Shown: positions 9,908 to 23,170 of the stretch, one piece after another
Layout: the number at the start of each line of letters is the position of its first letter
How positions within the stretch are numbered: the stretch's first letter is position 1
Assembly: GCA_012026655.1 (NCBI GenBank)
Contig: JAAILG010000768.1
Span: 1 to 64,000 of the forward strand
Source: Hydrolagus affinis
Lineage: Eukaryota
Direction: 5' to 3'
DNA length: 64,000 bases
The notes under the pieces: model-generated
Seen by the model: the letters and a program-made list of their open reading frames with translations, nothing else
Told to the model about the DNA's origin: nothing
The model's database searches: none
Made by a program: the position numbers and the translations under genes

Positions 9908-11810
9908 GTGGAGTGTGTATCCATGGAATGTGATGCTGTCAACACCAGAGATAAAATGGTTTAGTTTGGAGCCAAACAGGAGCCTCTATTTAGTCAACAT
10001 TCCATTGGAGAAAGTTAGTTCTCGTCAATACTTAATGTCCGATGGGCAACCTGAGAGGACAGCAGTTGTCCTGGAATCAATGGTGGAGGTAGAGAGATAG
10101 AGTTAGATGTCAACTGCATACATATCGATACTACAGTGTACTACTATCACTATGGAATTCACCCTCAGGAGGATCTTTGCTGACATGTCCAGTTAAAAAT
10201 TGTGCCACTTGAAGCTATCAAATTTGCGAAGCCCCAAATCAGCCGGAAGCAAGATTAAATACAAATGAGAGGGGAGAGAACATCAAGGTTTTAGCTGTGA
10301 TGTTACCTTTGCTCCGTGGGAAAGCTCATTGAAAGCCTTAATAACTAATATGTTCACATACAGATATGATGCAAATAGGGGAGGGGGGGGGGGGCAGAAA
10401 GATTCCCTTTATTGTTTAAATTATTTTCATAGATAGCTTTCTTTTTAAAAAAAAATTGGTTGTCCAGTTCAAACTGGACAGATGGCAAATTTAGTCCCCC
10501 TGCTGGTGGTGATGGCACAGCCAATTATCACCTACAGGTGAATTACTTTTTGTTTCATGGCAGTAAAATGCCGTTTGGTTAGAATGATTTTTAATGGACA
10601 GCAGGTAGTACCAGCTCCCACCAACACAACATTATCAAATGCAAACAACATTATCAAATGCAGAACCATTAGCAGAGGCAAGACATTCCACCTAGTCTTA
10701 CTCTGTAAAACCATTTTATCTCCAAATTTAAAGTTAAGTATAACTGTGGTCTACTTGTGATTTAAAAGTTTAAGGTTTGAATAATTGTGGTATACTACTT
10801 ATTGTCATAAGCAGAACCATCTACAGAGGATAGGAAGTCCACCACAATTTTAAATTTAAATTTTAAAGAATAACTTTAAAGAATAATTGTTTTATAGACA
10901 AGGTGAAATTTCTGATCTCTGCTGACAGTTCTGAGACACTGCCCTGCATTAAGGGCACTATATAAATGCAAGTTGCTGTTTTTGTTGTTGTACTTAATTT
11001 ATTCTGAAATTGGTAACAAGGCTTTTTAAGAGAATCAGATTCCAAATAAAACCAGAATTGAAGAGATTTCCACAATTCAGCATAAAGTTCATTTTCAAAT
11101 TGATCTTGCAGGCTAAGACTAGGTGGCCTGCTCTTATCATCTTTCTCTTCTTACACCAGGAACTCACTGAATATGCACAAAGCCATGTCTTGCAACTTTG
11201 CACTGCATTTCAAATTTTTAAATTACTTTGTGATATTTTTCTGTGTGATTTAATCTTCTTTAAATTTATAATTTAGAAAATGCAGTTGCAACTGGAGCTC
11301 TGCAGCCCATTGCCAGCCTGTCCTTATACTCTATTGAAAATATTCATAAGCCCCAACTTCAGAGCTCACACAGTCACAAATGATCTTGTCAGCCTTATTA
11401 TGTGCAAACCTAGTGATATACAAATATTTCAGTTGCAATCTACTACACTGCACATTTTATGGTATCTTTACGATTGAGGTCTAAATTTGCTGATTCATAA
11501 AATGATTTCTAAATGTAGAATCCTGCAAATACTTACATGGATCTCACGCCAACAGGCTGGAACTCATTTCTGATTTTTGTATTCGGGTTGAAACCAAGGG
11601 AGGCTCCCAACATCTGGTGGGAGATCAACATCCAAAAAATTCCAACAGGACAGTTTATGAAACTTCCTGGCATGTAATGGCTGCTCTATTTAGAAACTTT
11701 ATTGTGAACTATTGTACTTTATACGGTTATGTATTCTTTTTTCTGGTTGTGTAGGGCAATGTACACATTCAGTCTCACTATTCTTCAGTTCAACCACCTT
11801 ATTAGATTGT

Positions 11811-12147
11811 GAAGCTCCTGTGGCTTAGTGGTTAGAGTGCTTGTATTGCAAGCTGGAGAGACCAAGCTGGGGAGACCTGTGTTCAAATCCAGGCAGGTCA
11901 CGGCGAAACCTTGGGCAAGTTTCCTTACTTAACACGCCTAATAATAATCTGTCCAAAACAACCACAATAATAAAATTGGTCATTTCAATCCATGACTGTT
12001 TGTGGGATGCTGCTGTGCACAATTGGCTGCTGCGATTCGCCCACAAATATCTAGTCAATTCACTTTACAGTATATTCTGTGAAGCGCTTTGGGACGTTGA
12101 TAAGATGTGAAAAGCGCTATATCAAATGCAAGGATTATTATTATTAT
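11811..12147 (+). mobile_element. Full-length SINE subfamily B
   Basis: A/B boxes, AGACCAAGCTGGGGAGACC duplication, Deu region, (ATT)n tail. Confidence 0.9.
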
Positions 12148-13178
12148 ATATGGAGGAGTTGTAATTAAAAGTAAGCAACAGCCTTTTAATTATAAATTAA
12201 TAACACATAAAATTTATACAGCATGGCTTTGAAATTGGCGAAATCACTGAAAGAAAAACAGATCTAGCTGCAGCCTACTCTCCTGAGATTCAAGCTCAAA
12301 CACAGAAATTGCATCATTTATTGAGCCACAAATACATCACAATTATGTATCCCACTGGAGTCGGCAGTTTTCACTGTGTTAGAAAATGATGTATAGTCCA
12401 AAAATCACTTAAGCACACTTCTCCACACAAACATTTGTCCAGAAATCTAGGGAGTTTAGGTTTAATACTCCACACCTTTTATTAGGAGAACCGAAAAAGG
12501 TTAAGCAAAAGTTAACTTTTGACATTCTACATTTGTATTCTATAGGTTGGCTGTGATTTAGAAGGTACAAAAAAGTATGAAAAATACTGCCAAGACAAAT
12601 TGAGATTAATTGCCCTGAAGTACAACTGAATTTCAATGTGTCCCAACATTTCCTCAGTTATTTTCTTTTCTCCCCTCCCCAATGCCTTGGCCAAATCCCA
12701 CCTGCTGAACAGTCACTGTACTGGTTGCAGCCCTGTACCATCTGAGTCTAGCAATTGTACTTCCGTGTTCTTGTTGAGGCAGTCTTCAATTATGTATCAT
12801 AAATTCCTCAGAAAACAAGTAGGCCTCTCCATTCCCTTTTAGCATGTATTGAGCAACATGCCTAGAAAAATAAATTGGACACATAAGTCGTCACTATTTT
12901 TCACAAAGTAGATGAACCTCCGCCCAAACTGGAGGTTTCCTCTGTTCACTTATGAAATTGAGGAAATGAATGCATTATCCCCAATCCTGACTCCAGACAG
13001 GACATTGGCCCTGAAATCTTACATTGCAAATGTTTTCAATCATAAGGCACAATGGCTTTTCACCACATGATTCCTTGTAGGATTTCATCTGTTGTATATG
13101 GAGTTGTGACAAAAATAACATATGGCTGCCATGGGCTCTTTCACACCACAGAACATTAGTCTTCCTTTAACTTCCAAT

Positions 13179-13720
13179 GGAGTCCTGTAGTGTATTGGTT
13201 AGAGCACTCGCCTCGCAAGCAAGGGGTCCTACATTAGGCAAGTTTCCTTGCTCCACATGCCTGTTTACCTAACAGTAAGCAGGAACCCAGTTATTATCTA
13301 TTGTGCTACACTTTCCATAATGTTGCTACACTTTGCAATGCATTCTGTAAAGCACTTCGGGACACCTCGAAGAGAATAATAATCCTTGCATTTGATAAAG
13401 CACTTTTCACGTCTTCTAGACACCTCAAAGCACTTCACAGAATATACTTTAAAGTGAATTGACTGTATATTTGTGGACAAAACAAGGCAGACAATTGCGC
13501 ACAGCAGTGTCCCACAGAGTCGTGGATTGAAGTGACCAATTTATTATTGCCTTTTTGAGGTATTATTATCAAGCGTGTGGACTAAGAAAACTTGCCCAAG
13601 GTTTCACCCTGCCTGGAATTTAATCCAGGTCTCTCGCTTGCGAGGCAAGTGCTCCAACCACTGAGCGACAGGTCTCCATGACATGGTGCTATATCAAATG
13701 CAAGGATTATCATTATTATT
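13179..13720 (+). mobile_element. SINE (variant body) whose tail is split by an antisense SINE
   Basis: Head GGAGTCCTGTAG...; body CTGTTTACCTAACAGTAAGCAGGAACCCAG shared with 20430-20735; tail GACACCTCGAAGAG | ATGACATGGTGCTATATCAAATGC is interrupted. Confidence 0.65.
13375..13677 (-). mobile_element. Full-length SINE inserted into another SINE
   Basis: Complete reverse-complement copy from the AATAATAATCCTTGC tail to the ...CAGGTCTCC head. Confidence 0.85.
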
Positions 13721-13734
13721 ACTAATGTGCTGTT

Positions 13735-15660
13735 ACAACAACAACTTGCATTTATATACAACTTTCCAAGCCTCAGAGCGCCTCATAGCGGCTGAACCCG
13801 AGGGCAAGTCAGGGGAGGGTGGGAACGTAACCATAGGTGCGGGCAAAGAGTAAGGTCTTCAGGAGGGACCTGAAGATGGGAAAGGAAGGGGCAAGATAAG
13901 AGGGTTGAGGGAGGGAGTTCCAAAGTTTCTGGGTGTATTGGCTGAAAGCTACTGATAGTAGAACGGAGGATTCGAGGGACAAGTAGGAGGCCTGACCCGG
14001 TAGAGCGGAGGGAATAGGTACTGCTGTGAGAAGAGAAGAATTAGAGAGGTAGGGCAGAGCAGAGGAGCGGAGGGATTGAAACACAAGAGTGAGGATATTG
14101 AAGTCAATCTGCTAGTGTAGTTTGACAATTACTGGGGTAATATGGGTAAGAAGTTTGGTGTGGTTGAGAATGTGGACAGCGGAGTTTTGTATGAGCTGAA
14201 TTTTGTGGATGGTGGAGACACTAGTGAGGAGGGTGTTATAGTAGTCCAGCCGAGAGATGCCAAAAGGCATGGACCAAGGTTCCAGCAGCTGTTGGGGTGA
14301 GACAGGCAATGCCGCAGAGATGGAAGTAAGCGGTGCTGGTCAGGGACTGGATGTGGGGAAGAAAGGATAATTGGAGATCAAACTTGATTACTAAATTGCG
14401 CACAGGTTCGGAGAGTTTACAGGTTGGGTCGGTTGAGGATATTGGAACCCTGGGGCAGAAGACATCGACGGGAGCCAAAGAGTATGGCTTCCTTCTTGTT
14501 GATGTTTAGCTGTAGGAAATTTGTATTCTTCCAGCTCTTGATGTCCAACAGACAAGCTGACAGAACATTAGGGGACTGCAGGTTGCAACTGGAGGTGGAA
14601 AAGTAGAGTTGGGTGTCATCGCATATATGTGGAAGTTAACCCTGTGTCTGTGAATGACATCACTGAGAGCAAACATGTAAATGGGGAAGAGAAGAGGGCC
14701 AAGGATAAATCCTTGGGGTACCCCTTAGGTGACCGTATGGAAATGAGAAGAAAAACCATTTGCAAAGATGTAGAGCTGGAGGTTGGTGAGGTAGGACTCG
14801 AACAAAGCGAATGCAGTCCCATTGAGGTGAGGCAGTGGAGGAGGATAGATGGTGGAGGAGGATAGGGTGGTCAACTGTGTTCAATGCAGCGGAGAGGTAA
14901 GGAGGATGAGGCTTTCACAAACGCAGTCTCTATACTGTGGGAAGGGTGGAAATCGGATTGGAGGGGTTCAAGTAGGGTGTGAAGGGAGAATTGTGCGTGA
15001 AGTTGGTTGGCAACAATACATACTTTTGCATAGAAGGGCAGGTTTCAGATAAGAAGGTAGTGGCCGAGGTAGGAAGGATCGAGGGTAGTTTTTTTCAGGA
15101 GGGGGGTGATGATTGCTTTGAGGGGGAGTAGGTCTGATCTTGAGCAGAGGGACTGGTTAATGGTGTCTGCCAGCAGTGGGCATAGGAGGGGGAGCTGAGT
15201 GACCAGCAATTAGGTGAAGAGGGGTCAAAGCAGCAGGTAGTTGGGTTTCATTGTGGTGATGGTGGATGCTAGGAGTAAGGAGAGATGGGGGAGAAAGAAT
15301 GTAGGATGGGGGTCATGGTATGAGTTGGGGCGGGCGGGGTGGGTGAGGGAGATGGAATGGAGGTGGTAGGATAGAAGGATGAGGCTGCCAGGTGGATGTT
15401 ATCAATTTTTGAGGTAAGGAGGTCCATGACCTCTTTGCACTTGTTATTGGATGAGATGATTGGGGGCGTACGGAGGAAGTGCTGGGTGGAGAATAGGATC
15501 TTCGAGTTATTGTTGGCCTCCAAAATGATAGAGCAGCGCGCCATTTTTGCTTGAGACAGGAAACGGTGGTAGCTGCGAAGATGCTCGAGCCACAGCACGT
15601 GGTGAACAATGAGGCTGGTTTTCTGCCACCTGTGCTCGAGGAACTGAGTTTAAGATTTTA
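13735..15660 (-). mobile_element. L2 LINE, ~1.9-kb degenerate ORF2 3' half
   Basis: (CAA)n tail at 13735; minus-strand remnants SRLDYYNTLL, LSFLPHIQSLTSTAYFHL, HIYADDTQLY-like, [13 protein letters not shown] and NNNSKILFST, with frameshifts. Confidence 0.9.
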
Positions 15661-16394
15661 GGGAGCAGAGATGGCTGTTGTTTAGCAGCTGCTAAACCTA
15701 CCAAAACACAGGCAGCTTTACCTGATTCCCCCTACCCACCTGAAAAAGCATTAAGTGCTGGTCCATAGGTAAAATCAATTGTCTGACCACAGGAAGTGGC
15801 GTTCTACTAATCATTGAGATGGAGATCCTCTACCTGTAAATTACAAGTAATGCAGTGTGTGCCAATTTCCTTTTACTGTACAATTGTCTATGTAATGAAA
15901 CAATACTCCAATCCTCATGAATATCTTTTAATTATCCCACTTTGAACTTGTATGTTTTTAATTTGACTGCCTCTTATGACTACATGCTGTCCTAATAAAT
16001 ATTGTTTGGTCATGCTTCATTGACTGACATCCTATCACTGTTCTTTAGTGCAGGGATTAATAGTTGGAGGTGGATGGATTCATTGGATTTGGGAGCTGGC
16101 TCACTGTGTGGAAATCTACTGAGCTCCACACGTTTCTCATTTGAACCTGCAAACAATCAGTTCAAAATCTAGAATTGGGCTGTACGTGGAGATCAAACGG
16201 AGGTGCAGCAGAAGGGAGCAAATGCTGCTGGGAAGCCAGGACATCCCAGCTTGTGGGCCAGACCTCCTAAGGACAGCCATTTCCAGCTGCATGATCATAA
16301 TGTGTTGTGAAGCACTCAGTGACAGCCGTGATGCCACATATGATATTGCCCTGTTATTACCAACAACAAGAAAATTACATTTGTATAGTAAACA

Positions 16395-16984
16395 CAGCCT
16401 CATCCCTCAGGCTGCCGAAACCCTCGTCCACGTATTTGTTATCTAAAGGCTCATCGACAATGGAAACTCCCACCTCGTTGCCCTTCCCGACTTTCCCTTC
16501 ACAAGCTACAGATCATCCTGAACTCCTCGCCCAGCTCCATTGGCTCCCCATCCCTCCAGAGGATCAAATTCAAGACCCTCCTCCTCACTTTCAAGGCTAT
16601 TCATGGCCTTGACCCTTCCTATCTCTCCGACCGGCTGACTCCCTAGCAACCTGCCTGTGCCCTCAGTTCAGCGGGCTCTGATCTCTCCATGTCTCCTGCC
16701 TGACCAGCCCTACTTTTGTTGGCCAGACTTCCAGCCTCTTTGCCCCCGCAGTCTGGAACTCTATCCCTTTGCCTCGCTTCCTCCCTTGCCTCCTTTAAGG
16801 CCAGTCTCAAGACCCTCCTTTTCGATCATGCCTTCTGCCGCTCTCCCACCTTTCTCCCTCCCCTCCCATCCCCTCCCAACTCTGCCCCTTTCCCATACTC
16901 GGGTCCCGATCCCTGACTGTTCAGCTCCTGGGAACGTCCTCCCAACATGATAGGCGCTCTATAAATGTAATTTTGTTGTTGTTG
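16395..16984 (+). mobile_element. L2 3' fragment
   Basis: PQAAETLVHVFVI, LAQLHWLPI, and tail GGCGCTCTATAAATGTAATTTTGTTGTTGTTG. Confidence 0.85.
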
Positions 16985-16989
16985 AATTG

Positions 16990-17250
16990 AATCCACTGGG
17001 TGATGAGTAGCCAATGGAGCCGGGTGAGGATGAGGGAGATGAGTTCACAGAACTTGGAGCAGTAGAGGACATGGGCCACAGAGTTGACCTGGATGACCTG
17101 TAGCCTACGAGTTGTGAAAACCGAGAAGCAGGGAGTGTCACAGTCGAGCCTGGATGTGATGAAGGCATGAATAAGACTTTCAACAGCCTGAAAGGTGGGC
17201 TAGTAGCGGAGTCGGGTACTGTTGTGGAGGTGAGGGAAGGCAGACCGGCA
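16990..17250 (-). mobile_element. L2 fragment
   Basis: AGCCAATGGAGCCGGG...GTCGAGCCTGGATGTGATGAAGGCATGAAT, the antisense of IHAFITSRLD and LHWL. Confidence 0.7.
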
Positions 17251-17304
17251 GATAGTTATCAACACTATCATTGCATGCTAACCAGTGTGGAAAGTGGGGG
17301 AAAA

Positions 17305-17700
17305 CAATAATAATCCATGCATTCGATACACTGCCTTATCATGTTATTGAGACAGCTCAAAACACTTCACACTATTACTGTAAAGTGTAGTGACTGTGTG
17401 TATTTTGAATGTGACAGCTAATTTGTGCACAGCAATGTCCAACAACAAGACATGGTCTGAGTGCCAATTTTATTTCAGGGAATTGTTTGCCTAGGTGTCT
17501 GCAGAATCTAAGTTCCCTGCATGGGATCTTTACTGTCCACATATATTGCCAAATGGGATATCTGCCTGTAGTCTTATGATGGACTGCACCTGCAACAATG
17601 CAACATATCCCCAAGCACTTGGGTTTGAAGACCTGATGTGGATCTTGAACCCACAATCCTTTGATTCAGAGGCGAGAGTGGTAATAAATAAGTCAGGGTG
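17305..17700 (-). mobile_element. Older SacSINE1-like Deu SINE
   Basis: Head (rc) CTCTCGCCTCTGAATCAAAGGATTGTGGGTTCAAGATCC, Deu-like GCACAGCAATGTCC, SINE tail; related remnants at 43530-43950 and 45810-46150. Confidence 0.6.
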
Positions 17701-20399
17701 ACACACTTCGTGGTTACCTTTACCATAAGAGAGTAATGATAGAAGTCTCTGAGTAAAACTCTTCACTGGCTTATCGTAATAATATAGAGAGAGGATATAA
17801 CATATACTGTATATACATATTTTACCTCTTCTGTAAAAATTACCTTCACAAATTCATAGACAAGTTTTGTTCCCATTCATTACAGTTGTGTATCTTCCTC
17901 TGGATGTAGAAATTGATTTTTCTTAACTTCTTTTGGAACTAATCTGCATGAAGTTAGGATATTTATAATAGTACAGATTGGAAGGAGTCTCAGTTTGGGA
18001 CTTTATTGTGTAACAGCAACTGTGACAAGAAATGGCTTTCCTCATTACGACACTGATGTAGTGGAACAATCTGCATTGCAGAAGAAGCTATTCGCTTGTG
18101 TGCATCATTTGAAATGTGATAACAGTTTGAGACAAGCGCGGTATGAACTTCTGTACTATGGAATTATAAACTAAAGCACATCGCTCCTCTCGGATAACAT
18201 AAATAACTAGTCAAATGTTTTAAATACCAATTGTGTTTCACAACATGATGAGACAAAAGAAGATAGCCATCCTTCCAGAATACAACTGTACTGTCTTCCT
18301 GTTGTAATATCAGTGCGGTTTCCTGGGTGAGTCCAGCAACCTGGCCTCTACCACCCTTTCCAGCTGTTGATAACTCTCTACACAAAGCAATACTCTATGC
18401 GAAACAAGGCATCATCAAATGATGGTAAATTGAATAGTATCTCATTCCACCAGAAAAAAAACCCCTCTCCGCCATCCCTGAGATGCTAAGTTATTTTAGC
18501 ATTAGATACTCAATGTACAGTGTTACAGGCTGCATGATTGTTACTACTTCTTTTCCTTCCAGTGCCAGACTCCAAACCTATTTAAAGCTTCAAACATGAA
18601 GAATACTGGCCCCAAACAAGGCTGATATGTCATCTTTGTGGCAGAGAATGGAGCACTCATATGTTCTTAAAATAAACATTTTATTATTTTGGTTATGTTG
18701 CCCTTATTGGCACAGATATCTACCCAGAGTAAAATTCTGCACATTTGTACATCTCTGTTCTCCCACCATGAGATCTCTGACTATTATTTTGTTGCATAAT
18801 TTGTTCATCTCTCAATGAATACTCCAATGTAAGGCTTTTTGCACTAAAGTAATTTGGTTGTAAATTGCAGCCAATTATTAAAATAAACAACCAAATAACC
18901 CCTGGAGGATTGTTTTTACCCTTACAGAAAGGGCAGGTTAATGCTGTGGCCCCACATGAGTACGCCATGTATACCATCACATCCATTTTAATGGCAAGTC
19001 CAGCAGGTACAAAATTCCATTTCTATTTACCCCTTCATTGTTGATGAATTTAAGCATCCACTGTGACCTGGAAAGACAAAATCAATGCACTTCTAACATA
19101 AAGAAGCCCTGAGGTATGTTTCCTGAGTTTTTAAAAAAAAATGTGCACATGTGCTATTTGCTTAAAAATGTGTGAAATTGAACCATCAGTTACTGTAGTT
19201 GCAGTCTGTCTTATTTCAGAATGTCAAATGATAAATTCTACTGAGAAACATGTGGAACAGTTACTAGATTCCATTTATTTATCTTATTTGTAAGCTCTTC
19301 TTTTTCTTCGCTTGTTTTGTCTTAGAATTGGAGATAATGCTATTTTAAACAAATTGCAATATTTTAGCACAATGAAGCTTCAGAAGGATACAAAAATGTG
19401 CATTATTTAAATGAGTTGATTTCTGAAAGAGATTAATGATGCACTTGGGTAAGCTTATCATAGTTCTGCAGTATGGAGTTTCCAGCACATTGAACTCAGC
19501 TTCAGGGTAGCTGGGAAACATTTAATAAATCAAACACCTAGATGGTGAGAGCCAGTATATTACAAAATGTAGCAAGAAAATGATTCAAATTCCGTCTCCA
19601 CACTCAGCTTATGAACTCCATTTGTTCACTAGGAGAAAGGTACAGTAAATTCTGGATAACAAGACACTGTCTTAAATACCACTTACAAAACCATGCTGTT
19701 AATATCCAAGTGCTTCCCATGCAAAATGTTAATAAGGTACTTCACTCCGCTTAATAAGTAAAGAGTCATACACTGTTGTAATTGCATTCAATGTAAACTT
19801 CATCAGATAAATGATCAGGACCCCAAGTTAACTTTTATGACCAGGGGTCTTACCTATGTTTGGTGTGCACTGACATGAAACTTTAGCTCTCCAGCCTGCC
19901 TTAACCACAGCCCCTCATCTTACCCCCTGACTGACAACCTAGAATGCCGGACATCACCCATAGCTCACCTGCTGACTGAGCTGGTAACCCAGACTGCTAA
20001 TATTTGTGTCAACTTATTTATTTTTAATGTACATTTATATACATCAACAAAGATTATATCTTCACACAACCAACCAGTATTGGACTAATGAAACTGGCTA
20101 AAACAGCATCTACAATGTATTGGTCCTCCGAGGCCACACAGAGCAATGTCAGTGTCAGTATGCTTAATTTGTCACTCTGTTTAAATAGTTGCTAAGCTCT
20201 TTTCCCTTGGAGTGACAAATTATCCTGAAGTTATGAAAAATCAATTTCTAAGTGCTGAGAATTGTACACAACTGTAGTGAATGGAACAAAATATCTCTAT
20301 GAATTTGTGAAGGGATTTTTAGAGAAGAGGTAAAATATGTATATACCATATATGTTGTACACTGTACATTCTATAGGAAAACAGGATTTTAGAGACAAG

Positions 20400-20737
20400 T
20401 CTGTCCCTCTGATTTGATTACCGGCAGGGGAAAACGTTGGGCAAGTTTTCCTTATCTACATACCTCTGTTTATCTAGCATTAAATAGGAACCCAGTTGTT
20501 AGTCGATTGTGTGTGTGTGTGTGCTGAGGGTGTGGGGGGGGGGGGGCTCGCTTTTCTGGGGATAATATCTTCTTTTTAAACAAATTGGTCACTCTATCCA
20601 TAACTGATGAGCGCAATTGACTCCCACATTTCACTCACAAAATACAGTCAATTCACTTTACAGTATATTCTTTGTAATGGTTTGAGACACCTCAAAAGAG
20701 GTGATAAGGCGCTATATCAGGTGCAAGGATAATTATT
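20400..20737 (+). mobile_element. SINE variant with internal (TG)n/poly-G
   Basis: TTGGGCAAGTTTTCCTT, CTCTGTTTATCTAGCATTAAATAGGAACCCAG, and family tail ending GGATAATTATT. Confidence 0.65.
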
Positions 20738-21869
20738 CTCTATCCCAGTGAGCTGTCTAATGCCTTCTGTCCAAAAATTAAACTTTTCAAGATCTTAAAA
20801 TAACCTGATTTCTAAATTGAGATTTTTTCCCCCCTTTCACCAAAGAATAAATATTAATTAGTTAGAAATTTGTATTCAATTTCTGAACAATTATGCCATT
20901 GTGTGTGTAAAATGATCATGTCTGTTCGTTGTAGTAACATTGAGTCTGCACTTGTGTGAAGAATAGAAAGCTGAAATGGAAATTATTTTTTTCTAATCAA
21001 AAAGTTGTTGCAGTAAGTTCTATTATCAGCATCTCCATCTATATATGTATATAAAAGCCTTAGGTATGTTTCCGCAATTATAACAATGAACTTCTAAAAG
21101 GAAAACAAAAACCAATACAGTTTAAAAATCAACAACAAAGAAAAACAACCCAGTGATTAAAGCTCACCTTTTTTTTGTAAACAACAAATACATTATTTTT
21201 AAAAAGTTTCAAAATATATGAATAAATAAATGCGTTCAAATACACTAGGCCGCTTATGTTACATGGGGATATAGCTAGTTTGAGTAAAACTCGTTTAAGT
21301 TAAATTGAAACTTAAATGAGTTTCACTAAATGAACTTTGTTAAAACTCATCACAGGAGCCAGGGGCTGCTTTCACATTGATAGCTGTTTGCTGTGCGCAG
21401 ACGCAGTGTTTGTTGCTCCTGGGCACATTGTCTCCTAGTGGCCTTGGAGGACCAAGAATTAACTGGCTTTTCTGCAAAAATAGTAGCTGAGCTCTAATGC
21501 CTTGGAGTGACAAATTATCTGGAGCTTGCTGTATTTTCTACAGTAGGAAAGAGAAAAATGGAACACCATTGAGTAACTCCCTGATTAACACATTAGGTGG
21601 AGTTTTGTACTGAGCAGAAGAGCAATTGTGTAGGCGACTGAGAATAAAGAAATAAAAAGAATGATTGAAGAATTGATGATAACTTATCACTTTAAAAATA
21701 ATGGGTTGAAACAGCAATATGTGAAAAATCTGCTCCTGGCATGTCCCAGTCGATAGCCGCTAGTGTTTGCACAACATCTACCTTAAAATGTGTACCTTTA
21801 TCAGTTTAAAACTGAATGTCAGTAACTGTACAGATCTTGGCTACGTGAGCCTAAATGGGATTTTGGTGA

Positions 21870-22284
21870 TATCGATCCATCGAAATGGAAATTTTCCGAT
21901 ATCCATATATCGGTTGGCTCATATCGATATATCTCCGTTTTTTTTTGTACTGCGCATGTGCGCGCATTCAGAGGTGTGCGCGCATTCGGAGGTGTGCGCG
22001 CATTCGGATGTGCGCGCGCATTCCGATATGCGCGCGCATTCCGTGCTCTAGGCCCAGGATGTTTGCAATGCTGGCGACAAGGTAAGTTGAAAAAGTTTGC
22101 ATTATACCGATATAACCAATATATCGATATATTGCCGGACACAATATACCGATATTTGTGATATATCGATTTTTTTTATATCGAATTTTTCGATATATCG
22201 ATATGTTTGAATTTCCAATATCAGCATATCGAAATGAAAAATTATACAGATATAACCGATATATCGATACATCACTGGACACTA
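21870..22284 (+). mobile_element. hAT MITE (ATATCGAT family), copy 3
   Basis: Collinear with the reverse complement of 9484-9907; right end ATCACTGGACACTA; left TIR degenerate; five ~18-bp GTGTGCGCGCATTCGGAG units. Confidence 0.85.
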
Positions 22285-22974
22285 GTTGGGGTTACATCAT
22301 TACTGAAAGCTCAAATTTAATAACAGTTAATTTACGAAATGCGAGCACACCATTTCTATTTTACTGAACTGCTTTCCAATGACTTTCTACTTTTGTGTCA
22401 ATAGGTGCAATGTATCTTGAGTGTTGTACACAACAATCTGGTGGGCGAGGGAAAATGAATTTACTGTAGATCATATTAAAACCTACCTAAGTATTGAGAT
22501 CAACATTTGCACAGTAAATGTCGATAGTTCAGCATTCCAAAAGCCAGCAACTCCCTAAAACTATCCAGATTTCAAAATATAAAATTTACAATTCATTTGC
22601 TTTTAAGTAATAACACGTATTTAGTTATATATTTGTATGTAATGTATTTTCACATAAATCATGTTAAATAACACATAGAAACAATATAAGATAAATAAAA
22701 TAACACTGGTAAAGTTATGGAATGTTAGCCTGGCTAGGTTTCTACATACCAGCAAACTCTGAAATCTGTGAGGCACTTGGAGGCCAACCGTGTCGGATTA
22801 TCGACATTCCATCTGTATTACTACACGAGTGACCTAAATGTGTGTTGTTTGGACACCCAGACATTCTAGACTGTGCAAGCTAACCAGAGGGAAATGAGTT
22901 CTTGCCCACATACCTCCTCGCTTGATGGAGGTGACATTCCCACACTCCTTATGATGAACACCCCAGAATCCCCT

Positions 22975-23170
22975 CTTTTTTTGCTCCATCACCAACCCTG
23001 GTCACAGATAGAGAGGACGTTGTTTGTGACTTTCACAAGCGCAGTCTCTGTACTGTGGGCAGGGTGGAAACCGGACTGGAGGGGTTCAAAGAGGGAGTGG
23101 GAGGAGAGGTGGGCGCCGGAGTTGGTTTGCGACAATGCGTTCCAGTGCTTTTGAGTGGAAGGGCAGGTAT
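22975..23170 (-). mobile_element. L2 internal RT fragment
   Basis: Reverse complement encodes LFEPLQSGFHPAHSTETALVKVTNNVL. Confidence 0.85.

Larger units (their letters stand above)
7555..10125 (-). mobile_element. Fragmented L2 LINE hosting several nested insertions
   Basis: L2 tail at 7555-7625. ORF 9165..9431 reads SFKPHILALTHSAF...VKTLILAFVITRLDY. Remnant of the YADD region near 10100-10125. Interrupted by SINEs and hAT elements. Confidence 0.65.

Noticed and set aside
10490-10510. CTCF-like ACCAGCAGGGGGAC (minus strand)
   Set aside because: Mismatch at the highly conserved GGC position and no supporting context.
21955-22045. Regularly spaced ~18-bp repeats that could suggest a CRISPR-like array
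   Set aside because: The units are contiguous with no unique spacers, lie within a MITE, and there are no cas genes in this vertebrate context.
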